Source of the DNA: an uncultured euryarchaeote
GTDB lineage: Archaea > Thermoplasmatota > Poseidoniia > Poseidoniales > Poseidoniaceae
NCBI GenBank assembly: GCA_963981035.1
Contig: CAXCCF010000003.1
Location: 5,004-69,003, forward strand
Length of the DNA stretch: 64,000 nt
Direction of reading: 5' to 3'
Shown here: piece by piece, positions 40,973 to 50,062 of the stretch
How the letters are laid out: the number at the start of each line of letters is the position of its first letter
Numbering within the stretch: the first letter of the stretch is position 1
Position numbers and translations under genes: made by a program
The notes under the pieces: model-generated
Database searches by the model: none
Told to the model about the DNA's origin: nothing
What the model saw: the letters and a program-made list of their open reading frames with translations, nothing else

Positions 40973-43900
40973 TCAAGTTCTTGGAGCGATTGCTTGCAAC
41001 TGGTTAATCTCAGCACTCATACGATTCAATGCCTGCACTGCAGCCTCTTGGTGGACACCACCCATCTCTTCTCGACTATATCTTGCCATCTCGAAGGTGT
41101 TGTCCAAAGCGATTAGTGCATCATTGGAAATTCCTGGCATTGCTTGGCGAATAGCAACTTCGAATTCACGAACTGTTTCAAAGTCACGGCGTAAGAAATC
41201 ACGCTGTTGAAGCAATGAACACAAATCTTGGTAGCAATTGAAAATCGCTTCTCTAATCGAGTCTCCTGCTGCCAATAATTCAGCAGTATATGCAAATATT
41301 TCAGCAGCATCTGACATCAGTTCAGCAGCCTTTTTCTTTCGATACATTACAACGCCTGCAGCACCTAAGGCCGCGATTAGAAGCATTAGCACATATGACC
41401 ACGTTGATACTTCTTGGACATCTTCAGCATAGGTATATTGTGGTGAGAAACCATCTTGGCGTATTGCTGCAAATGATGTGAGGCTTTCATCACTCAAGCG
41501 TGGATCGTTGATGATAATGTCCATCGAAACTTCTCCCCAGCGACTTGCATCACCGTAAGGTGGGTCTGAGTTAAAATTAATCAGTGCGACTCCATTTTCA
41601 TTTGTTATCGGTTGTAATGGATTACCCAATTGCGTGCCATTTCCGTCATAGAGATAGATAGTTACACTAATTCCAGGAACTCCTGCTCCTGTATCTTGGG
41701 CTGTAATAATTACATTGCCGGTAATGTCTTCGTCTTTATCTTCAATAACTTCATCAATATTTACATTGAAGTCTGCATTTATCTTGACATATAGTATTTG
41801 AGAAATACTCTCTGCATTCAAGTAGAGTGAATCATTTCTTGGTGCATCTATTGCAATCCATTGTGAACCAGATTCCATCCACGAAGGCGCAGGTCCAGTA
41901 ATTGAGAAATTACCATTTGTCCAAGTGACTAGTAATCCTCCAATACAACTTGCTCCATCTCTGCCATTGACACAGTCTGTGCCATTTCCAATGTGTAGAA
42001 CTAGATTTTCAAAGACTTCTCCTTGACCGCCAACTTCTGCTATTGAACCGGTTAGAACAATCGGAGCAAAGGTTCCATCGGAACGTGTCACAATCTTTGA
42101 AGAGGTTTCATCAAGGGTTATTTCCATATTTGACCAAACGATAGCAATAGCACTTTCTGATGCTTCTAGGTGAGCATTTGTCCCTGTGAAAATGACTGTA
42201 AAGGTATGTTCTCCTCTGGTCAATTCCATTGTTGCTGGAATAACTACATTCCATGTACCATCTTCACTAGTAGTTGCAGTTGCAACTTCCACATCATCGA
42301 GGACAATGCTTACCATCATTCCTCCAAGACCGTCTCTATTTACTGTGTCAATGTCAAACAATCTTCCAGATAATTCCCATGTATCTCCACGTGTAGCATC
42401 TCTTCCATCATCAAAGATCAGCGTGATATCTGAACGGTGAGCGAGGAAGAAGGTCGTATTGCCTGTGTCTGAACGATAGAATCCTTGGGCAGATACTATT
42501 GCATCCATTGTGTGGTTGCCAAACGAGAATATGTCAGGGATTGTCCAATCGTATGAGAATTGACCTTGCGCATCTGTAGTTACTACAGCAACGACGACCC
42601 CCTCAACATTCAGTTCAACTTGGTGTCCAGCTATTGGATTCAATTGATTATCAACTACTAATCCTGTGATTGACACATTCTGTGAAACCGCTACTGGACT
42701 TGGCATATCTACAGTTACCAAGACCTTGCTGAATACATTCCAAGTTCCAGTTTCCTGACTCGGTAAGTAGAATGTAGTTCCTGTGAACTTAACTTCAAGT
42801 GATAATGGGCCAAGGTTTGCATCCGCTGGCACTGCATGTACTGCAGTAAACATTCCATCAACATCTGTTGTAACATTGGTTAGCCACATTCCATCAAGCC
42901 AAATTTCAATGGTTAGATTTTCCAATGGTAAATCAACAATATCAAGCAATCTTCCTTGGATAGTCATACTATCTTCTCGGTCAACATCTCCGGTTGGAGT
43001 AATCAATAGAATCTTAGTTGGAACACTAACATTGAAAGCAACAATATCGCTGCTTGGGTGGTAATATTCAGGGTTTGCAGGGTCACCTACACCAATCGGG
43101 TCAACCCAATCTCGGCCACCATTAAAGCGAACCTCAATTTGATGCGCTCCTGCTGTAGCATCTTCTGGAAGAACCCAACTCAAGGAAAAGGCTCCACTCA
43201 ATGCATTTGTTTCAACACTCGCTACTGGAACTCCATCAACCAATAGATGAACGATTGCTAGAGATTCAACACCATTGCTGTATAGCGGTAGTCCAAGGTC
43301 ATCTAGTAGAGTTCCGTTAACAATGAATGAATCACCAGCAGTCAGTGTGCTCGGGCTTTGAGAAATACTCAAATTGGTTTCTGCCAACACAACGAATTGA
43401 GTTGTTGCATTACTACCCAATAATCCGGTAGTTCCAGGGATTCCTCCAAATGTAACCCTTAGGTCAGAAGGACCGACTGATTGGTCACTTGGTACATTCA
43501 ATACTCCAATAGCCGTTCCATTTGCTGCAGTGGTTAATGTAGCGTTGATATTTGTGCCAACAATCTCAATCATTACTGCTTGCTGTGGCACATTTTCGCC
43601 AGTATTATCTCTCAACAAGATTTGTATTGAGACATTATCTCCACGATCAGTTCTATCATTTAGTGAAGGTTGTCCAAGGCCATCTATCGACGGCTTCAAG
43701 AATACCAACGTTGTATATCCTCGACTATCAAATGTAGTATTATCTTTAGAACCTAAGTAGAAATTAACATTAGGCACAAATGATGCTTCAAGTACATGGC
43801 TATCTGCTTTGAAGTTCTGGCTTAGTGTAATTGTTGCATTCCAGAATCCTCCAGTCATCACAGTACCGTTGGCGACAGTAAACCCTGTAGGGTTACCATC

Positions 43901-46900
43901 TAGTGTAAACAAGATATTAGCCAGTAAATCAGTACCATCTCTTTGCTCTAAACCGCTTCCGTTATCAGAAACAACTTGCCCAGATACATCAAACGATTGT
44001 CCAGCCACTGGATTGGCAGAAATTGCATCTACGACCAATATTGTCGCTGCTCTAATAGTAATAGTTGACAAATTAGCATTCGTTGATAATAAATCGCTAG
44101 AACCATTGAATACGATGTTGACTGTAATCAGTCCAAGTGGATGGCTTGAAGGGATTACATGAGTAAAGTTGGCGAACCCTTCACCATCGGTAATAGTCGG
44201 AGCAAGCCATGTCTCATGGAATTCAATTGCAACATCATATCCAACAAGTGGTTGCCACATATTAGAAGATTCAACTAACTTAGAAGTCATATTGACAGTT
44301 TCACCGCGATTGATGATTATTGGATTCAATGGTTGTAAATTCTCAAAGCGAGAAACACCCATAACCAATATTCCGTGTTGAGTTGAGGCGGTCAGATAGA
44401 AAGGAGAAGAACCTTCCATCACACTGATTACCAGTGTTTTTTGCCCTCTTACTGTTCCATTGTTTAGTGAATCGGTAGGAATAGACATATTGAATGTTCC
44501 ATTTTGTGAAGTAATATGTCCTTCTACAAGTGTTTCATTTGGATTTTCTAGCCAAAATGCGGAAAGTGCGACTGCACTAATTAGAGATCTACTTCCATTA
44601 TCGGCATCAAGAACTTGCCCTAACACATTGAAATTTATTCCAGCAGTAACAGTGCTAGGAACACTATCAATTCTGAAATCACTATCTACTTGAACGGTGA
44701 TATTTACGATAGTATCGTTACCTGTACGTCGTGAATTACCCATGCTCAATCCATCTGTCAAGTCATCGTGAACTACCATTCTCAAATCATAATATCCTGG
44801 GCTAATTCCTGAAGGAGTCCATGAAAAACTTGCATTTCCAGATGCATCGGAAACAATAGTTGCAATGGTTTGATTTGTATTGCCATAGTCAAACACAAAT
44901 TCAACAGATGCATCACTTACATTCGACATATCAGCAACATCAAAAATTGAAGCATTCAGGAATACTGAATTATTCATCTCCACTATTATTATCGGCCGTT
45001 CAGATTGTACAACAAACTCTGATTCTACACCCACTAATACCGAAGGTAAGTTAGGAGGTTGAGGAGGGTCAGAAGGAGGTGATAGGTCAACTAATTGATA
45101 GAAAGCTCCACCGATTGGTGCAACTGCATCAAAGTCCATCAATAATTCAAATTCATACGCATTACTCGGTTGATTCGTCGGCATTGTCACTGAAATGTTG
45201 AATGTTCCAGTGGAATTGTTGAGCATACCATTTGCAATATCTATCAAATTACCATCTGGCAATCGCATAAGAACTGTAAGTATTGAATCATTATTGAGAA
45301 CTGGTGTTAAATGAACTGAATCAAATACATCTCCGTAAATGTAGGTACTAGTTCCCAAGTGATTCCAATCTTGCCCTACACTGAGATTCCATCCTACTTC
45401 TGCCTGAGTTCTTAGCCAGGCTTGACCAATTGATGGTTGGAAATATTGTGAACCATTGAAAGAAATATCAAGAATGTAATCATAAGCAATCTTACTGGAA
45501 TTTAAATCCCAACTCAAAGAAATCACTGTGGATTCTGGGTCTGTAGTAGTATTTACCCAGTTGTTATCAAAGAAGAAGTCATAATCTCCAACCGTGTTAA
45601 AGCCTTGAATTACACCTCGGTGATCTTCAATTTGCACACGTACATTTGTCGGAGTTCCTCGCATCTGTGGCATTGCTTCAATTGAGAAATCAAGTATTCC
45701 TTGCAACCAATATGGAGCATTAATTGATACATTTGCATCATCGGTTGCTAATAGTACATCTGGGAAGAAGCGCAATTGTATTTCAATAACACCTGCCGCG
45801 ACTGGTGTATCTGCTGCTGCAAGAAGATGAGTAATAGTAAACGAACCATTTACTGTGAAATTGAAAACTTCAAGCCATTCCATTCCTGAATCATTTTGAC
45901 GAATTGACAATGACAGATTTCCAAGCATAGCGACCGGAGTTGCACCGATACTCATCGATGAACCATTGATATGTATATCATCATTCAACACGAAAACACT
46001 GTTATTGGCCAAAGGCCCCTCAACTGTTGCTGTGAGGTTAGGAGCATCTCGAATATCCAATGTAATAGCATGTGTTGATGGCCTTAGATGGAATTGTGGC
46101 GGAGTGAATGTGGTAACTGATGTATCTAACCAACCAGAATAACCAAGTGTTGCAGAAATATTTGTCTTGAATTCTAATGGGTCCAAATCAACTACAATAC
46201 TCCATACACCACCAGGGCCTACATCTCCGCTTAGATTAGTTAATCCATTTACTGAAGAAGTAAATTCCAACCAAACCGTTTGGTTTTCAATTTCATCAGC
46301 CCAACTAATAGGTGGATTCTCAAATGAAAGCAACCCTTGGATAGTTGTCGTTGCTCCCGCACCTGCAACTGGAGAATCTATTGCTTGTGGACTGGTGTGG
46401 TTTATCACCGAATCATCGGTGACATTGATGTATACATCCAAGACAATTCCGTCATGCGAAACATATCCACTCTGTAGATGTTCAACTACGAGACGGTGAA
46501 TGCCTGGGCGTATTGCATCAGTAGGAATTCCATTCATTGTGAAATTACCATCCTGCAAACTATTTGATGATGAAAAGATTCTAGCAGGGTTACCACCTGG
46601 ACCAGGGACTAGATCTGCTTCATTAAGCGGAACTAGATATCCAATTAGTGGTATTTCTCCGATTGGAGTTGCATTGTCTACAAATCTAAGTTGACCTGAG
46701 ACAGAAATATTTGTTTGGCCATCTCTATCCCATGTCAATGGGCTAACAGTTTGGTTGACGAGTTCAATTTCTTCGGCTGCTGGACAAGCATCAAATGGAA
46801 CCCAGCCCATGTCAAGATTTCCATTTGCTGAATTTTGTTGCAGTTTGACTTCGCCCCATGTAGAGCGGTCACCAGAATAGACTTCATACCCATTACCTGT

Positions 46901-49900
46901 CCATGTCCCACCAACATATCCAGTGACATATCGAGCTGGCAATCCTGCCAAACGAGCCATGGTAACAAACGCTGCTGAAAATTCTGCACAGGTTCCTTCG
47001 AGGACACTGCCGACAAGAAGATTGGACATATCCTCTTCTTTTGGAATACCAGAACCGTTGTAATTTCTCTTGAATTCCGTTGTTGAGTTACCATTGATTA
47101 AAAAGTCTGAAATCGCTGAAGCCTTGGAATAAGCATCCGTTGCTCCAGCATCATTTATCACAGCATTAGTGATATTGAAAATACCAGAATTAATGTGGGT
47201 CAAATCCTTGAAACTTGCATCTAGTGATAATTCATAGGAAAAGCCTGGGCTGGCGATTGACGAGGCCGAATTATTTGCCCAATCAAAGTAAAACTCTGAA
47301 TTATTTACCCATATTTCACTGAGCGGACCAGGATTGACAGTTATCATGTAAGTATCATTTGTCACATCCAAAGAGGCTGAAGCATCCGACCAGAACGATA
47401 GTTCTGTCCATGAATCAGGCATCGGCACTGCCCCATTCATTATTGGATTGTTCATTTGTATGGTCCATAAGACAGTGTCATTTGCAAAAGAAATATCCGC
47501 AAGGTTTGTCTTATTGGCTGTTGGAACATTGACAACTGAACTTGGGTGTGCCGTACCTATGTGAGCATAGGTTGTACCAGTATAGAAATCGTTAGTGGTT
47601 TGTCTCCAACGGTGCACTGAAAATACATCTACATTACCAGTTGTATTGTTGGCCCAGAATACAACTTCATTTGAAAACGAATCGTCGCTTGGGTCCCATG
47701 GATTGAATGGCGCACCAACACAATTAACAAACCAGAATTGTATTGGACATTCATCACCATCTAGCATTCCTCCACCATCAGTATCTGGATTTGTCCAGTC
47801 TGTACCGGTTTGATTCTCAATAGCATCTGGGATACCATCTCCATCAAAATCATCAGGGAGTAAATCGTCAGAAGGATCATTTTCTGGATTTGTACCATCG
47901 AAGTATTCTGATTTATCGTCTACTCCTCCACCATCTGTATCTGCAGCAGTAGTATCTGTAATCCAAGTGTCTTGTGAACCATTAGTAATCCCTATCCAAG
48001 ATAAATCGCAACCAGTATTTGCCTCAAAGTAGTTGTTCAGTCCGTCCAAGTCGTCGTCCAATAGATTTGAGCAGGGTTCATTTGGATCGGTTCCATCAAT
48101 TCTCGCCTCATCATAGTCATTGACTCCATCACCATCTGTATCAACTAATGTAGGATTTGAAAACCAACCAAAGGTTCCCAGTAATTCCTGCCAATCTGCT
48201 AATCCATCGCCATCGGAATCTGTATAATCATCATCACAATAACTGTGTGTTGTTAGGATTGTTCCGGATTGTGTTGCACTATAATGACAGAATGAACCGT
48301 TACGGTTCTCCACAGTAGTGACGCCTGCTCCTGGGCCATTTGATACACCCTGAATCACATTATTGACCACAGTTGCATAGGCAAACGAGCTAAGCGTTCC
48401 CGACGCGTTATACCATCCAACACCTCCTGCAGGATTGAATCCTGAGCCATCTCCAATCGTCAATTGGCTAGTTAGGGCATTCCATGAAGAAAAAGAAGTC
48501 GAATAATCAACCATTGAATCACAAGGGTCTGTACCATGTGATACATTTCTCTCATCACCGTCATTTATTCCACCAAAATCAGTATCGGCAATATCCCACG
48601 ATGTACAAGAAAGGTTTTCTTCCCAGTTTTGAATTCCATCGCCATCAGCATCGCCAGAATCTTCTCGGCGCGTAGGGTCTGTCTCACCGGGGTCCAAAAT
48701 TCCGTTAGCGTTCAAATCTTCTGCACCATCATCAAATGCATCATCATCTGTATTGTTATCTCTTGGATCACTCGCTTGAGGAGGATTTCCATATGCTCCT
48801 GAAACTTCAACACCATCTGGAACACCATCATTATCTGTATCAGATGATGTTGGGTCGGTTAGTAGTGTAAGAGCTTCGTGTGAATCATTTAATCCATCAC
48901 CATCAGTATCTGCTTTTTGCGGATTAGTTGAGGTAATTCCATCAACTTCTGCAGTAAATGTTGCACAAGCACCAGGGCCGATTCCTTGAGCAGGGTCACA
49001 TGGCGAGACAGTTTCGGTAACCAAGCCATTCGGACCATTACGGAAACATGGTGAAGAACCACACATCGTAGTCCAAGTAGGGTTGACATATTCCATCAAA
49101 TTGCTTAGACCATCACCGTCTGGGTCTCCATTTGCTCCATCTGCATTTGACGCTTGAGTAGCATTCAATCCGTTCGCTGCTTCCCACCCATCTGGCATTC
49201 CATCACCATCTGTATCCCATCCTGCTACGTCTTCATCAGCAATTCCATCGCCATCATCATCGTTACTTGAACAGTCTAAATCGCCATCGTTATCTGGGTC
49301 TGCGGAATCAATGAAACCATCCTTGTCATCATCAAATCCATTGGTACAAATATTTCCAACTGGGTCTTCGTCACACAAAATAACTGAGCCAGTTCCATCA
49401 TTACCGCTGCCTCCACAAGCGACTCTTGTGTATTGCATTGCATTTTCTTCATCCCAATTATTAACCGGTACAGTCCCATTCCACCAAACACCTTTGTCCA
49501 AAACATTTGGTGTAGTAGAAGAATCCCATCCAGTAGGCATCAGATAATTATATTCCATCAAATTGGTCATACTATCACCATCTGGGTCACCAGTTGCACC
49601 ATCCCCACCTTGACTTGAAAGAGGGTTTAATCCATACTGCCATTCCCACCCATCTGGTAGACCATCGTTATCGGAATCGGGGTTATTTGGTTGAGTATTC
49701 ATCAGATACTCTAGACCGTACGTTAATCCATCACCATCTTGGTCAGATGCTGCTAATGCACTATATGAAAAAAAGTCAATTGTTGCGAATGTGGACATCA
49801 CCATTAGCATTACTAATGACAACGATTTGATAGCATCTCGATGCTTCAAAATCTCCAATCCTGGGCGCGCCAAATCGGGGGAAGAATACTTGCGCATAGT

Positions 49901-49987
49901 TTTCACTAACCTCGGGTTGTTCTTTTGCCTCATAAGGGGAATGGTACGCTGTTCATACAATGCTCGTTTATTGAAACCAATTGCCAT
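40973..49987 (-). CDS. Giant (3004-aa) surface protein: TSP3_bac-type repeats, a transglutaminase-like core, >10 Ig/CarboxypepD_reg-like repeats, a TM, and a DUF4129-like cytoplasmic tail
   Basis: N-terminal DQDGDGLTYGLEY/DSDNDGLPDGWE repeats. GTCAEFSAAFVTMARLAGLPARYVTGY...GWVPFDACP is the TGase core. Units such as IQGRLLDIVDLPLENLTIEIWLDG...TTDVDGMFTAVHAVP recur. TM is WSYVLMLLIAALGAAGVVMY. The tail has FETVREFEVAIRQ...TFEMARYS. Confidence 0.9.
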   Translation of the reverse strand: MAIGFNKRALYEQRTIPLMRQKNNPRLVKTMRKYSSPDLARPGLEILKHRDAIKSLSLVMLMVMSTFATIDFFSYSALAASDQDGDGLTYGLEYLMNTQPNNPDSDNDGLPDGWEWQYGLNPLSSQGGDGATGDPDGDSMTNLMEYNYLMPTGWDSSTTPNVLDKGVWWNGTVPVNNWDEENAMQYTRVACGGSGNDGTGSVILCDEDPVGNICTNGFDDDKDGFIDSADPDNDGDLDCSSNDDDGDGIADEDVAGWDTDGDGMPDGWEAANGLNATQASNADGANGDPDGDGLSNLMEYVNPTWTTMCGSSPCFRNGPNGLVTETVSPCDPAQGIGPGACATFTAEVDGITSTNPQKADTDGDGLNDSHEALTLLTDPTSSDTDNDGVPDGVEVSGAYGNPPQASDPRDNNTDDDAFDDGAEDLNANGILDPGETDPTRREDSGDADGDGIQNWEENLSCTSWDIADTDFGGINDGDERNVSHGTDPCDSMVDYSTSFSSWNALTSQLTIGDGSGFNPAGGVGWYNASGTLSSFAYATVVNNVIQGVSNGPGAGVTTVENRNGSFCHYSATQSGTILTTHSYCDDDYTDSDGDGLADWQELLGTFGWFSNPTLVDTDGDGVNDYDEARIDGTDPNEPCSNLLDDDLDGLNNYFEANTGCDLSWIGITNGSQDTWITDTTAADTDGGGVDDKSEYFDGTNPENDPSDDLLPDDFDGDGIPDAIENQTGTDWTNPDTDGGGMLDGDECPIQFWFVNCVGAPFNPWDPSDDSFSNEVVFWANNTTGNVDVFSVHRWRQTTNDFYTGTTYAHIGTAHPSSVVNVPTANKTNLADISFANDTVLWTIQMNNPIMNGAVPMPDSWTELSFWSDASASLDVTNDTYMITVNPGPLSEIWVNNSEFYFDWANNSASSIASPGFSYELSLDASFKDLTHINSGIFNITNAVINDAGATDAYSKASAISDFLINGNSTTEFKRNYNGSGIPKEEDMSNLLVGSVLEGTCAEFSAAFVTMARLAGLPARYVTGYVGGTWTGNGYEVYSGDRSTWGEVKLQQNSANGNLDMGWVPFDACPAAEEIELVNQTVSPLTWDRDGQTNISVSGQLRFVDNATPIGEIPLIGYLVPLNEADLVPGPGGNPARIFSSSNSLQDGNFTMNGIPTDAIRPGIHRLVVEHLQSGYVSHDGIVLDVYINVTDDSVINHTSPQAIDSPVAGAGATTTIQGLLSFENPPISWADEIENQTVWLEFTSSVNGLTNLSGDVGPGGVWSIVVDLDPLEFKTNISATLGYSGWLDTSVTTFTPPQFHLRPSTHAITLDIRDAPNLTATVEGPLANNSVFVLNDDIHINGSSMSIGATPVAMLGNLSLSIRQNDSGMEWLEVFNFTVNGSFTITHLLAAADTPVAAGVIEIQLRFFPDVLLATDDANVSINAPYWLQGILDFSIEAMPQMRGTPTNVRVQIEDHRGVIQGFNTVGDYDFFFDNNWVNTTTDPESTVISLSWDLNSSKIAYDYILDISFNGSQYFQPSIGQAWLRTQAEVGWNLSVGQDWNHLGTSTYIYGDVFDSVHLTPVLNNDSILTVLMRLPDGNLIDIANGMLNNSTGTFNISVTMPTNQPSNAYEFELLMDFDAVAPIGGAFYQLVDLSPPSDPPQPPNLPSVLVGVESEFVVQSERPIIIVEMNNSVFLNASIFDVADMSNVSDASVEFVFDYGNTNQTIATIVSDASGNASFSWTPSGISPGYYDLRMVVHDDLTDGLSMGNSRRTGNDTIVNITVQVDSDFRIDSVPSTVTAGINFNVLGQVLDADNGSRSLISAVALSAFWLENPNETLVEGHITSQNGTFNMSIPTDSLNNGTVRGQKTLVISVMEGSSPFYLTASTQHGILVMGVSRFENLQPLNPIIINRGETVNMTSKLVESSNMWQPLVGYDVAIEFHETWLAPTITDGEGFANFTHVIPSSHPLGLITVNIVFNGSSDLLSTNANLSTITIRAATILVVDAISANPVAGQSFDVSGQVVSDNGSGLEQRDGTDLLANILFTLDGNPTGFTVANGTVMTGGFWNATITLSQNFKADSHVLEASFVPNVNFYLGSKDNTTFDSRGYTTLVFLKPSIDGLGQPSLNDRTDRGDNVSIQILLRDNTGENVPQQAVMIEIVGTNINATLTTAANGTAIGVLNVPSDQSVGPSDLRVTFGGIPGTTGLLGSNATTQFVVLAETNLSISQSPSTLTAGDSFIVNGTLLDDLGLPLYSNGVESLAIVHLLVDGVPVASVETNALSGAFSLSWVLPEDATAGAHQIEVRFNGGRDWVDPIGVGDPANPEYYHPSSDIVAFNVSVPTKILLITPTGDVDREDSMTIQGRLLDIVDLPLENLTIEIWLDGMWLTNVTTDVDGMFTAVHAVPADANLGPLSLEVKFTGTTFYLPSQETGTWNVFSKVLVTVDMPSPVAVSQNVSITGLVVDNQLNPIAGHQVELNVEGVVVAVVTTDAQGQFSYDWTIPDIFSFGNHTMDAIVSAQGFYRSDTGNTTFFLAHRSDITLIFDDGRDATRGDTWELSGRLFDIDTVNRDGLGGMMVSIVLDDVEVATATTSEDGTWNVVIPATMELTRGEHTFTVIFTGTNAHLEASESAIAIVWSNMEITLDETSSKIVTRSDGTFAPIVLTGSIAEVGGQGEVFENLVLHIGNGTDCVNGRDGASCIGGLLVTWTNGNFSITGPAPSWMESGSQWIAIDAPRNDSLYLNAESISQILYVKINADFNVNIDEVIEDKDEDITGNVIITAQDTGAGVPGISVTIYLYDGNGTQLGNPLQPITNENGVALINFNSDPPYGDASRWGEVSMDIIINDPRLSDESLTSFAAIRQDGFSPQYTYAEDVQEVSTWSYVLMLLIAALGAAGVVMYRKKKAAELMSDAAEIFAYTAELLAAGDSIREAIFNCYQDLCSLLQQRDFLRRDFETVREFEVAIRQAMPGISNDALIALDNTFEMARYSREEMGGVHQEAAVQALNRMSAEINQLQAIAPRT

Positions 49988-50062
49988 TGGAAAAACGCAA
50001 CACTAAGAGGCAATTTAAGAAAATAATCAAATGTCCTATAATTTTCATCGCAAAATGTCAAA

